Shown: positions 39,384-48,905, counted from the first letter of the stretch. The stretch: DNA of 64,000 bases from Dongiaceae bacterium (GCA_035274225.1 DATEOK010000250.1:1258-65257); one strand, 5' to 3'. Notes: generated by a model not told the origin, from the sequence alone. Made by a program: numbers and translations.

Positions 39384-40532
39384 ATGAGCGCAAACGCCAG
39401 GCCCGACGGCCACAATCACCAGGCGGCGATGGATCAGCTCCATGCCGACGTCTACGCCCGTCACATGGCGCCGTTCTGGGCGATCGACAAAAAGAACAAG
39501 AACGACGAGGACAACCAGCTGCGCGACACGCGCAAGGCGGTCCCGTTCATCTGGAAATACCGCACCGACATCGAGCCGCTGCTCCAGCGCTCGGCCGAGC
39601 TCATCAACACCGAATCCTCGGAGCGCCGATCATTGATCCTGGTCAACCCGGGCCTCGCGCCCAAGCGCGCCTCGGTCTCGACCATGTACACCGCCTATCG
39701 GCTGAACGACCCCAACGAGATCATGCCGCCGCACCGGCACTCGCCGAACGCCATCCGCCTCGGCCTGACCGGCGCGCTCAACTTCACCGGCGTCGAGGGC
39801 GAGAACATCACCTTCGGCCCCGGCGACATGGTACTGACGCCGCACGACACCTGGCACAACCACGGCAACCAGGGCAACGATCCGGCGATCAACTTGAGTG
39901 TCCTCGACCTGCCGCTGGTCGAGACCCTGAACGCCATGTATTTCGAGCATGACTACACCGAGGAAGAAGAGGGCAAGCGGGTCAAGCGCGTCATGCAGTC
40001 GGAGCGCTATTCGCCCGACTACTCGCAGCGGGTCTACGGCGCCGGCGGCCTCTTGCCGCGCTTCGTCTCGCACATGCGCGGCACCGGCAATGCCTCGCCG
40101 ATGTATGTCTATCGCTGGGACATGATGCGGGAGGCGCTGGAGAAGTTCCGCGATCACGAGGGCGACCCGTACGAAAGCATCATGATCGAGTATGTGAACC
40201 CGCTCGACGGCAAGCCGGTGTTCAAGACCATCACCTTTTTCATGCAGATGCTGCGGCCGGGTGAGCGCACCCAGCCCCTGAAGCAGACCGCCAGCCTGCT
40301 GGTGGCGCCGTTCGAAGGCCACGGCTACAGCCTGATCGGCGGCAAGCGGCTGGATTGGGAGCGGTTCGACACGTTCGCGGTGCCGGGCGGCGAATGGGCG
40401 GAGCATGTGAACGCCTCCGACCGCGAGCCGGCGATCCTGTTCGTGGCGAGCGACGAGCCGACCCTGAAGTCGCTGGCGCTGTACCAAAAGCACGGGCGCA
40501 TGAAGAACGGCGAGGTGGTGCGCCTCTACTGA
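39384..40532 (+). CDS. Gentisate/salicylate 1,2-dioxygenase-like bicupin
   Basis: 382 aa, with the N-terminal cupin metal motif PPHRHSPNAIRLGL...GDMVLTPHDTWHNH. A GGAGGGGG SD lies upstream. Confidence 0.8.
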   Translation: MSANARPDGHNHQAAMDQLHADVYARHMAPFWAIDKKNKNDEDNQLRDTRKAVPFIWKYRTDIEPLLQRSAELINTESSERRSLILVNPGLAPKRASVSTMYTAYRLNDPNEIMPPHRHSPNAIRLGLTGALNFTGVEGENITFGPGDMVLTPHDTWHNHGNQGNDPAINLSVLDLPLVETLNAMYFEHDYTEEEEGKRVKRVMQSERYSPDYSQRVYGAGGLLPRFVSHMRGTGNASPMYVYRWDMMREALEKFRDHEGDPYESIMIEYVNPLDGKPVFKTITFFMQMLRPGERTQPLKQTASLLVAPFEGHGYSLIGGKRLDWERFDTFAVPGGEWAEHVNASDREPAILFVASDEPTLKSLALYQKHGRMKNGEVVRLY

Positions 40533-40568
40533 GTCCGACGCCGCCCTTTTTCACTGCGCAAGATCACC

Positions 40569-41696
40569 ATGGCCCGATCCAAGAACACCAAGCTGCTCGC
40601 GAATTTCGACTGCCCCGGCGGCGGCCAGGTCTGGGTCGTCGGCACCACGCTCTATGTCGGCCACATGCGCCAGCCGACCGGCACCAGCATTGTCGACGTC
40701 TCCGACCCCCGGAACCCCAAGCTGATGGCGCATGTCGAGGTCCCGCAAGGCTGGCATTCGCACAAGGTGCGGGTCGCCAACGACGTGATGATCGTCAATC
40801 ACGAGAAGCAGGGGCCGGACGGTGACGCTTCGTTCGGCGGCGGGCTCGGCATCTACGACGTGTCGAAGCCGTCGCAGCCCAAGCTCATCACCAAGTGGCG
40901 CACCCACGGCAAGGGCGTGCATCGCTACGATTTCGACGGCCGCTACGCCTACGTCTCGCCGACCGCCGAGGGCTATGTCGGCAACATCTGCATGATCCTC
41001 GACCTCAAGGACCCGGCGAAACCGGAAGAGGTTGGGCGCTGGTGGATTCCCGGCCAGTGGAAGGCGGGCGGCGAGGAGTATCCGTGGGAGAACTGGACTC
41101 CCCCGCGCTGCCATCACCCGATGCGCCGCGGCAACCGGCTCTATGTCAGCTACTGGCACCACGGCTATTACATCCTCGACATCTCGGACATGGCGAAGCC
41201 GAAGCTGGTTTCAGGCGGCAACACCTCGCCGGCCTATCCGCACCCCACGCACACCTGCCTGCCGATGCCCAACAAGCTGAAGGGCCGCGACATCATGGTG
41301 GTGGCGGACGAGGACGTGGCCAAGCTGTGGCCGGCGCCGCCGGCCTTCACCTGGATCTACGACATCACCAACGAGCATTGCCCGGTGCCGATCTCGACCT
41401 GGCAGGTCGAGGGGCTGGACAAGGACGGCTCGCCGCAGCCCGCCATGATGGGCTGCCATCAGCCTTCTGAACGGTTCAAGGGCACCGTCATCCCGTTCGC
41501 CTGGTTCGCACAGGGCCTCCGGATCCTGGATATCGCCGATCCCTATGCGCCGAAGGAGATCGCGTTCTACGAGCCGGACCCGCCGCAGGGCTTCGACCTA
41601 TCCTCTTCGAACGATGTCACGATCGACGATCGCGGGTTATGCTACCTGATCGACCGCCAGCGCGGCGTCGACATCATCGAAACGTCAGTGTTGTAG
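40569..41696 (+). CDS. LVIVD-repeat-like beta-propeller protein (no signal peptide)
   Basis: Repeated h-h-V-x-D/h-Y-V motifs occur (GTSIVDVSDP, GLGIYDVSKP, ICMILDLKDP, YYILDISDM, LRILDIADP). It is His/Cys rich. Confidence 0.6.
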   Translation: MARSKNTKLLANFDCPGGGQVWVVGTTLYVGHMRQPTGTSIVDVSDPRNPKLMAHVEVPQGWHSHKVRVANDVMIVNHEKQGPDGDASFGGGLGIYDVSKPSQPKLITKWRTHGKGVHRYDFDGRYAYVSPTAEGYVGNICMILDLKDPAKPEEVGRWWIPGQWKAGGEEYPWENWTPPRCHHPMRRGNRLYVSYWHHGYYILDISDMAKPKLVSGGNTSPAYPHPTHTCLPMPNKLKGRDIMVVADEDVAKLWPAPPAFTWIYDITNEHCPVPISTWQVEGLDKDGSPQPAMMGCHQPSERFKGTVIPFAWFAQGLRILDIADPYAPKEIAFYEPDPPQGFDLSSSNDVTIDDRGLCYLIDRQRGVDIIETSVL

Positions 41697-41706
41697 GGAG
41701 ATATCC

Positions 41707-42096
41707 GTGAGCGGCGACAACAAGGACATCCACACCATCGGCAAGAAGGGGACGCTGCCGTTCCATCCGGCCGTGCGCGCCGGCGACTTCATCTTTGTGT
41801 CGGGACAAGTCGCCAAGGACGAGAACGGCAACATGTGTGCCGGCAACATCGAGGACGAGACGCGCTGGACCATCGAGGGCATCAAGCGGATCCTGGCGCT
41901 GGACGGCGCCGACCTCTCGGATGTCGTGAAAGTGACCGTCTATCTCGAAGACGCGCGCAACTTCGGGCGCTACAACAAGGTGTTCGCGGAATACTTCCCG
42001 GACGGGCGGATCAGCCGCACCACGGTCGAGGCGCGCGCCGTCATCGAGTGCAAGATCGAAATGGATGCAGTCGCGTACAAACCGCGACGCGGGTAG
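41707..42096 (+). CDS. RidA/YjgF/TdcF family protein
   Basis: It contains AGDFIFVSGQV, VKVTVYL and RTTVEA motifs. The GTG start follows an AGGGAG SD. Confidence 0.85.
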   Translation: MSGDNKDIHTIGKKGTLPFHPAVRAGDFIFVSGQVAKDENGNMCAGNIEDETRWTIEGIKRILALDGADLSDVVKVTVYLEDARNFGRYNKVFAEYFPDGRISRTTVEARAVIECKIEMDAVAYKPRRG

Positions 42097-42152
42097 CCAA
42101 GCGGGCGCAAATGCGTCCGGCAGGGTTGGTATAACGCGAGGGAGGTGGGAGC

Positions 42153-42758
42153 ATGCTGCGGCTTCTCGGCCGGAACACGTCCGGCAATGTCCAGAAGGTC
42201 ATATTCCTGCTGGAGGAATTGGGCACGCCCTACACGCGCGAGGATTACGGGCGGCAGTTCAACAACACCCAGGACGCGGCCTACCTGAAGCTCAATCCCA
42301 ACGGCAAGGTGCCGACGCTGGTCGACGGCGATGCCGTGATCTGGGAATCGAACACGATCCTGCGCTATCTCGCCAGCAAGCATAAGAAAGAGACGCTCTA
42401 TCCGAGCGGGCTCGCGGCGCGCACCGAGGTCGAGCGCTGGATGGATTGGGTGCTGGCCGCCGTCAACTATCACTACGTCGCTGTGTTCAAGGATTCGAAG
42501 AAGGCCGCGAATGAGCGCGCCGCGAGCTTCGAGGCCGATGCCAAGGAACTGGCGGCGCAGCTCTCGATTCTCGACGGGGCGCTGGCGGGCAAGGCATGGA
42601 TCGCGGGCAAGGACTTCACCATCGCCGACGTGGCGCTGGGCCCGATCATGCACCGGTGCCTGGACTTCCCGATCGCGCTGCCGGCGCTGAGCAACCTCAA
42701 AGCCTGGCGCGAGAAGCTGCGGGAACGGCCCGCGTTCAAGAAGGCGACTGGAGCGTAA
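42153..42758 (+). CDS. Glutathione S-transferase
   Basis: The thioredoxin-like N-domain motif NPNGKVPTLVDGDAVIWESNTILRYL is present. Confidence 0.85.
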   Translation: MLRLLGRNTSGNVQKVIFLLEELGTPYTREDYGRQFNNTQDAAYLKLNPNGKVPTLVDGDAVIWESNTILRYLASKHKKETLYPSGLAARTEVERWMDWVLAAVNYHYVAVFKDSKKAANERAASFEADAKELAAQLSILDGALAGKAWIAGKDFTIADVALGPIMHRCLDFPIALPALSNLKAWREKLRERPAFKKATGA

Positions 42759-42791
42759 CAGTGCGTATGCACGAAGCGGTCACCTCCTCAT

Positions 42792-42906
42792 CTGTCATCC
42801 CGGCCGAGCGCAGCGAGAGCCGGGACCCATGCCATTTCGCCGAGGCGTTGACAGATCGCATGGGGTCCCGGGTCATGCCGCTGACGCGGCCTGCCCGGGA
42901 TGACAG
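42792..42906. repeat. Type A palindromic intergenic element (CTGTCATCCCGG...CCGGGATGACAG), copy 1
   Basis: An outer inverted repeat CTGTCATCCCGG / CCGGGATGACAG encloses an inner inverted repeat CCGGGACCCAT / ATGGGGTCCCGG. Further copies lie at 46659-46795 and 58994-59107. Confidence 0.7.
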
Positions 42907-42986
42907 TTGTAGAGGAGCGCTGGTCGTAAGAAGCGCGACTATGACGGAATAGAGAACACGACGACAGATCGAGAAGGAGAGGCAGG

Positions 42987-43901
42987 ATGGCTAAGGCAGC
43001 GGTAGTTGGTCTGGGAACCATGGGTCCGGGTCTGGCGCAGACGTTGGCGCGTGCGGGCATGGAAGTGACCACGTTCGATGTCAGCGAGGATCAGCGCAAG
43101 AAAGCGCCGGAAGGCATCGAACTCGCGAACAAGGTGCTGACCGCGCTCGGCGTGCCGGACCGCAGCAAGGCGCCGGTCAAGATTGCCGGCTCGCTGAAGG
43201 AATGTCTCGACAGCGCCACCATGGTGGTGGAGACGGTGCCGGAGAAGCTCGACATCAAGGCGGCGGTGTTCAAGGAAATCGACGCGCTGGTTGGCAAGAA
43301 TTGCATCATTGCCAGCAATACGTCGGGCATCCCGATCACCAAGCTGCAAGAAAATGTGTCGGCGCCTGAGCGGGTGGTCGGCATGCACTGGTCCAACCCG
43401 CCGCACATCATCCCGATGATTGAGGTGATCGCCGGTGACAAGACCTCCAAGGAGACCGTCCAGTGGATGGTCTCCACCATCAAGGACCTCGGCCTGCTGC
43501 CGGTGGTGGTGCAGAAGGACGTGCCGGGCTTCGTCGAGAACCGCGTGCTCTATGCGCTGCTGCGCGAGTGCGTCGACCTGGTGGACCAGGGCGTGATCGA
43601 TGCCGAAGGACTGGATACCTGCGTGTCCTGGGGCATCGGCTACAAGCTGTCGGTGATCGGCCCGATGGCGCTGCTCGACATGGCCGGCCTCGACATCTAT
43701 CAGGCGGTCGGCTCTTATCTGAACAAGGAATTGTGCAACCGGGGCGACCTCAGCCCCTACGTGACCGAGCGCACCAAGGCGGGCAAGCTGGGCATGAAGA
43801 CCGGCAGCGGCGTCTTCAGCTACACGCCGGAGAAGATCGCCGAGCTGCGCGGCCTGCGCGCCAAGCGCCTGGTCGCGGTGAGGAAGGCGCTCGAGAGTTG
43901 A
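42987..43901 (+). CDS. 3-hydroxyacyl-CoA dehydrogenase family NAD-dependent dehydrogenase
   Basis: The Rossmann motif VVGLGTMGPGLA is present, together with MHWSNPPHIIPMIEVI and PGFVENRVLYALL motifs. Confidence 0.85.
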   Translation: MAKAAVVGLGTMGPGLAQTLARAGMEVTTFDVSEDQRKKAPEGIELANKVLTALGVPDRSKAPVKIAGSLKECLDSATMVVETVPEKLDIKAAVFKEIDALVGKNCIIASNTSGIPITKLQENVSAPERVVGMHWSNPPHIIPMIEVIAGDKTSKETVQWMVSTIKDLGLLPVVVQKDVPGFVENRVLYALLRECVDLVDQGVIDAEGLDTCVSWGIGYKLSVIGPMALLDMAGLDIYQAVGSYLNKELCNRGDLSPYVTERTKAGKLGMKTGSGVFSYTPEKIAELRGLRAKRLVAVRKALES

Positions 43902-43981
43902 TGGGGAAGCGCTGAACCCCAGCATGCGTGGCGTAGAACAAGCGTGAACAAGTGGGGACAAAGACAGGAAGGAAACGGGCT

Positions 43982-45025
43982 ATGAAGACGAAGACACTCT
44001 GGACATTGGCGCAGGTCTCGCTGCTTGCGCTGAGCTTGGGCGGCATCGCTCAGGCGGCGGATGTGAAGAGCATCGCCGTGCTGACACCGGAAGATCCGAC
44101 CGACTACGGCTGGAACCAGCAGGGCCACGACGCCGCGAAGGCGGTGGCGGAAAAGTACGGGCTGGAATTCATCCCGGCGACCGGCCTCGGCTATGGCGAC
44201 GTGCATCCGGTGCTGCGCGAGCTGGCCGATGACGGCGCCGGCCTCATCATCGCGCATGCCAGCGGCTACAACACCGCCGCGCCGGAAGTCGGCGCCGAGA
44301 AGAAAGTGCCGGTGGCGATCGTCGACCGTCCCGACGCCAACAAGGCGGGCGCGGTTGCGGACTACACGCTGAGCGGGCATGAAGGCGCGTACCTCGCCGG
44401 CGTGCTGGCGGCCAAGACCACGCAGACCAAGTCGGTCGGCATCGTCGTCTCGGGCGAGCCGCCGTCCTGGAACTCGCAGTCGGCCGCGTTCGCGCAGGGC
44501 GTGAAGGCGACCGACGGCAGCGTCAAGGTGCTCTATGCCGTGATCGGCCCAGCCGCCTATTCGGATGCGGCGGGCGGCAACCGCGTCACCGCTTCGGTCA
44601 TCGGCGCGGGCGCCGACGTGATCTTCGGCCAGGGCGACGGCGCCACTTTCGGCATGCTGCAGGCGGTCGAGACCGGCAAGTCGACCAGCGGCGGCAAGGT
44701 CTGGTTCATCGACGTGATCGGCGACAAGACCTCGATCGACAAGGGCAACCTGCTGTCGTCGGTGGTGTGGAACCTGGTGCCGGTCTATTCGGCGATGGTC
44801 GAGGATCTGAAGGCCGACAAGTTCGGCACCAAGGGCTACTCGATCCAGCTGTCGGACGATTCGGTGCAGCTGCTGAAGACCAAGCACATCCCGGACGATG
44901 TCTGGGCCCAGGTGTCTTCGGTGCGCGACCAGATCGTCAAAGGCGAGCTGAAGATCGAGCCGGTCTGGGAAGCCGACAAGGTGCGGGCGCTGATGACCTC
45001 GGTCACCGACGCACCCGCTCAATAA
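43982..45025 (+). CDS. BMP-family (PF02608-like) ABC transporter substrate-binding protein
   Basis: A signal peptide ends in AQAAD. DYGWNQQGHDA and GIVVSGEPPSWNSQ motifs are present. Confidence 0.85.
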   Translation: MKTKTLWTLAQVSLLALSLGGIAQAADVKSIAVLTPEDPTDYGWNQQGHDAAKAVAEKYGLEFIPATGLGYGDVHPVLRELADDGAGLIIAHASGYNTAAPEVGAEKKVPVAIVDRPDANKAGAVADYTLSGHEGAYLAGVLAAKTTQTKSVGIVVSGEPPSWNSQSAAFAQGVKATDGSVKVLYAVIGPAAYSDAAGGNRVTASVIGAGADVIFGQGDGATFGMLQAVETGKSTSGGKVWFIDVIGDKTSIDKGNLLSSVVWNLVPVYSAMVEDLKADKFGTKGYSIQLSDDSVQLLKTKHIPDDVWAQVSSVRDQIVKGELKIEPVWEADKVRALMTSVTDAPAQ

Positions 45026-45051
45026 GAGTATCGAGTTGAAAGGCGTCGTCA

Positions 45052-46623
45052 TTGGCCGTTCCAGTTGCCGCGGTCCGCAACGTCACCAAGCGCTTCCCCG
45101 GCGTGGTGGCCAATGACGGCGTCTCGCTCGACTTCAATGCGGGCGAGATCCATGTCCTCCTGGGCGAGAACGGCGCCGGCAAGTCGACGCTGATCGGCAT
45201 CCTCGCCGGCATGCAGCAGCCGGACGACGGCGAGATCCTGATCGACGGCAATCCAGTCCGAATCGCTTCGCCGCGCGCCAGCCTCCAGCTCGGCATCGGC
45301 ACTGTGTTCCAGCATGTGCTGCTGGTGCCGTCTCTTTCGGTCATCGAGAATTTGATGCTGGGCGGGCCGTGGTGGCAGAAGCTGCTGCGCGGCCCGGCGC
45401 TGGCGCGGTTCCGCGAGCTGTCGCAGCTGCTGGGCGTCACCATCGATCCCGACGCGCAGGTCGGGCGCCTGTCATTGGGCGAGCAGCAGCAGGTCGAGAT
45501 CATGCGCGCGCTGTGGCGCGGCGAGAAGGTGCTGATCCTCGACGAGCCGACCTCGATGTTGACCCCGCAAGGGGTCAAAGATTTGGGCGCGGTGATGAAG
45601 CGCCTGCGTGACAAGGGCGTCGCGCTGATCCTCATCACCCACAAGCTGGTCGAAGCCTACGAGCTCGGCGACCGCATCTCCGTGCTGCGCCTCGGGCGCG
45701 TGGTCGGCGCCTTGCCGCCGGAACAGAAGCGCATGATGACCGAGGGCGAAGCGACCGACGCGGTGATCGAGATGATGTTCGGCACCGTCGCGCAGCACGA
45801 GCGCGATGCCGAGATCCTGGTCGGCCGCGGCCGGCGGGCGCACCGCGCGCGCAGCGTCGACCGCTCCGGCGCGCCGCGGTTGCAGGTGCGCGGGCTGACG
45901 ACGGAAGCGACGCGCGGCGCGAGCCCGCTGCGCGGCGTGGACTTCGATCTGTGGCCGGGCGAGGTGCTCGGGATCGCCGGCGTGGACGGCAACGGACAGA
46001 AGCACTTGGCCGAAGTGCTGGCCGGGCAGCGCGCCGCGGCATCCGGCTCGATCGCGCTGGACGGCAGCGACGTCACCGCCGACGCGGTGCCGGAGCGGCG
46101 GCGGCGCGGCGTACGCTACGTGACCGACGAGCGCGTGGGCGAGGGCACGGTCGGCAGCTTCTCGGTTGCCACCAACCTGGTGCTGAAGGAGATCGGCACG
46201 CCGCCGTTCTTCCGCCGCGGCATCAGCGATTGGGACCACATCCACGATCACGCCAAGGCCGAGATCAAGCGCAACGACATCCGCACGCCGTCGGAGAAGA
46301 CGCAAGTCGCCAAGCTATCCGGCGGCAATATCCAGAAGGTGCTGCTGGCGCGCGAGCTGAATGCCGAGGCCAGCGTGGTGATCTTCAACAAGCCGACCTA
46401 CGGCCTCGACTTGCAGAACACGCGCCTCGCGCACGAGCGCATCCTCGCCGGCGCGGAGCAGGGGCTGGCGACAGTGGTGATCTCGACGGATCTCGACGAA
46501 CTGCTGGAGATTTCAGACCGCATTGGGGTGATGTTCCAGGGGCACCTGGCTGGCGTGGTGGAAAACGGCCCGGACGTGGAGCGCAAGGTGGGATTGCTGA
46601 TGACCGGGGCGAAGGCGGCATGA
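45052..46623 (+). CDS. ABC transporter ATP-binding protein (duplicated ATPase, BMP/nucleoside-type system)
   Basis: It contains GENGAGKST, the signature LSLGEQQQVEI, ILDEPTS, and a second-domain signature LSGGNIQK. TTG start at 45052. Confidence 0.9.
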   Translation: MAVPVAAVRNVTKRFPGVVANDGVSLDFNAGEIHVLLGENGAGKSTLIGILAGMQQPDDGEILIDGNPVRIASPRASLQLGIGTVFQHVLLVPSLSVIENLMLGGPWWQKLLRGPALARFRELSQLLGVTIDPDAQVGRLSLGEQQQVEIMRALWRGEKVLILDEPTSMLTPQGVKDLGAVMKRLRDKGVALILITHKLVEAYELGDRISVLRLGRVVGALPPEQKRMMTEGEATDAVIEMMFGTVAQHERDAEILVGRGRRAHRARSVDRSGAPRLQVRGLTTEATRGASPLRGVDFDLWPGEVLGIAGVDGNGQKHLAEVLAGQRAAASGSIALDGSDVTADAVPERRRRGVRYVTDERVGEGTVGSFSVATNLVLKEIGTPPFFRRGISDWDHIHDHAKAEIKRNDIRTPSEKTQVAKLSGGNIQKVLLARELNAEASVVIFNKPTYGLDLQNTRLAHERILAGAEQGLATVVISTDLDELLEISDRIGVMFQGHLAGVVENGPDVERKVGLLMTGAKAA

Positions 46624-46658
46624 GGGCGCTTCGATCCGCATCGGGTGCACCACTCCCT

Positions 46659-46795
46659 CTGTCATCCCGGGCAAGCGAAGCGCGACCCGGGACCCATGCG
46701 GCATCAGCCGGTGCTCCGCCATTTGCGGCTTTGCATGCTTCTCGATCGCATGGGTCCCGGCTCTGCGCCACTGCGTGGCTTGGCCGGGATGACAG
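46659..46795. repeat. Type A palindromic intergenic element, copy 2 (inside the ABC operon)
   Basis: It has the same CTGTCATCCCGG...CCGGGACCCAT / ATGGGTCCCGG...CCGGGATGACAG architecture with a longer centre. It fills the ATPase-permease spacer. Confidence 0.7.
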
Positions 46796-46804
46796 TTTTG
46801 GAAA

Positions 46805-47911
46805 ATGGCGGTCGGCTGGGGTTTGCTCATGACCGCCGAGGTGCAGGTTGCGCAGCGAGGTGCGCCGCGGAATGAGCGGGGACGCGAGGTTGCTGCCTCT
46901 ACCCTGCGCGTGCTGGTGCCGATCCTGCTGGCGCTGATCGTCGGCGGCGTCATCCTGCTGATCCTGGGCAAGGATCCGCTCGCCTATTACGGCTATGTGG
47001 TCAAGCGCGGCCTCCTCACCTGGGGCGGGTTGCAGGAGACGTTGACGCGCATGTCGCCGCTGCTGCTGATCGCGGCCGGGCTCATCGTCGCGTTCCGCGC
47101 GGGTATCTGGAATCTCGGCGGCGATGGGCAGTTCCTGCTCGCTGCCGTCATCACCGCGGCGCTGGCGCCGGCCCTGGTCGGCGTGGTGCCGAAGCTCGTC
47201 ATCCTCATCGCCTGCATGATCGCCTCCGCGCTCGTGGCGGCACTGTGGGCGGTCATCCCGGCGATCCTGAAAGCGCGCTATGGCATCAACGAGATCATCA
47301 CCTCGCTGATGATGAGCTTCCTCGGCATCAGCTTCGCCAACGTGCTGGTGAAATTGCTGTTCTGGGACCCCGCGACAACGGTGCCGCAGACCCGCACTCT
47401 GCCGGTCGAGGACCGCCTGCCGCGCCTGTTCGACACGACGATCCATAGCGGTGTGTTGATCGCGCTTGCGGTCGTGGTGCTGGTGCACTTGATGATGACG
47501 CGCACGTCGTTCGGGCTGAAGCTGCAGGTGGTCGGCGCCAATCCCGCCGCCGCCGTGCATGCGGGCCTCAATGTCGCGTGGCTCACGATAGCGACCTTCA
47601 CCTTGAGCGCGGCGCTGATCGGACTCGGTGGATCGGTGGAGATCCTCGGCGTGTTCGGCACGGTGCGTGCCGACTGGAACCCGGCCTTCGGGCTGTTGGT
47701 GGTGCCGTTGGTGTTCCTGGCGCGCTTCAACGGCTACGCGGTGATCGGCTTCACCTTGTTCTTCTCGGTGCTGATGATCGGCGGTGACAGCGCGGCGCGG
47801 CGCATCGGGGTGCCGCAACATTTCGTGCTGGTGCTGGTGGCGCTCCTGCTGCTGTTCCTGGCGGTGGTCGAGTATCTCGATCACCAGCGCCGCAAGCGGA
47901 TCGGGGCCTGA
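46805..47911 (+). CDS. ABC transporter permease (BMP-type system)
   Basis: Polytopic protein with a NLGGDGQF motif. The start is ATG at 46805 or ATG at 46829. Confidence 0.85.
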   Translation: MAVGWGLLMTAEVQVAQRGAPRNERGREVAASTLRVLVPILLALIVGGVILLILGKDPLAYYGYVVKRGLLTWGGLQETLTRMSPLLLIAAGLIVAFRAGIWNLGGDGQFLLAAVITAALAPALVGVVPKLVILIACMIASALVAALWAVIPAILKARYGINEIITSLMMSFLGISFANVLVKLLFWDPATTVPQTRTLPVEDRLPRLFDTTIHSGVLIALAVVVLVHLMMTRTSFGLKLQVVGANPAAAVHAGLNVAWLTIATFTLSAALIGLGGSVEILGVFGTVRADWNPAFGLLVVPLVFLARFNGYAVIGFTLFFSVLMIGGDSAARRIGVPQHFVLVLVALLLLFLAVVEYLDHQRRKRIGA

Positions 47912-47914
47912 TCG

Positions 47915-48850
47915 ATGGACGTGCTGCTGAACGAAGCCTTCCTGACCACGCTGCTGTTCGGCGCGGTGACGGCCGGCGTGCCTTTATTGCTGGCCGGCCT
48001 CGGCGAGCAGATCTCGGAAAAGGCCGGCGTGCTCAATATCGGCATCGAAGGCATGATGCTGTTCGGCGCTTACACCGGTTTCGTCGCAGCATACTATAGC
48101 GGCTCGTTCGCGCTGGGGTTCATCGCTGGCGGCATCGGCGGCGCGCTGGTCGCGTCGCTGGTCGTCCTCCTGTGCATCCGATTCGGTCTCAACCAGATCG
48201 TGATCGGCATCGCTGTCACGCTCGGCATGGAAGGGCTGACGGCGCTGCTGCATTATTTCCAATTCAGCAAGACCTATCCGCGCTTGGACCAGGCGCCGGT
48301 CTGGGCGCTGCCGGGCTTGAGCGACATCCCGGTCATCGGGCGCGCCCTCTTCAGCCACAACTCGGTCGTCTATCTGGCGATCCTGCTGATGATCGCGCTC
48401 GGCTGGCTGTTCCGCGCGACCTATGTCGGGCTGAACCTGGAAGCGGCCGGCGACAAGCCGGCGGCGCTGGATGCGGCCGGCGTCAGCGTGGTGAAGACGC
48501 GCGCTTTCGCGGTGCTCGCGACTGGATTCCTGTCCGGGGTCGGCGGCGCCTACATGGCCAATGTCGGCGCAGGACTGTTCGTGCCCTTCATGACCGGCGG
48601 CGCCGGCTTCATCGGCATCGTGCTGGCCATGCTGGCGCGTGGGCGTCCGGTCTGGGTGCTGCTCGGCGCGGCGCTGTTCGGCATCAGCCTCGCCATGACC
48701 ACGGCGCTGCAGGTGGCTGGGATCAATATCCCGACCGACGTGGTGCAGATGCTGCCCTTCGCGATGGTGATGCTGGTGCTGGTGATCTTCGCGCGGCACA
48801 GCGTGCTGCCGCCGGCGCTCGGCCTGCCCTATGTGCGCGGGGAGCGTTGA
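47915..48850 (+). CDS. ABC transporter permease (BMP-type system, second subunit)
   Basis: 311-aa polytopic protein with a NIGIEGMMLFGA motif. It starts 3 nt after the previous stop. Confidence 0.85.
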   Translation: MDVLLNEAFLTTLLFGAVTAGVPLLLAGLGEQISEKAGVLNIGIEGMMLFGAYTGFVAAYYSGSFALGFIAGGIGGALVASLVVLLCIRFGLNQIVIGIAVTLGMEGLTALLHYFQFSKTYPRLDQAPVWALPGLSDIPVIGRALFSHNSVVYLAILLMIALGWLFRATYVGLNLEAAGDKPAALDAAGVSVVKTRAFAVLATGFLSGVGGAYMANVGAGLFVPFMTGGAGFIGIVLAMLARGRPVWVLLGAALFGISLAMTTALQVAGINIPTDVVQMLPFAMVMLVLVIFARHSVLPPALGLPYVRGER

Positions 48851-48905
48851 GCAAAGCGTCAAACAGTGGAATGATGCCCGCGAAGGGCTGAGCTGGGAGA
48901 GGACA

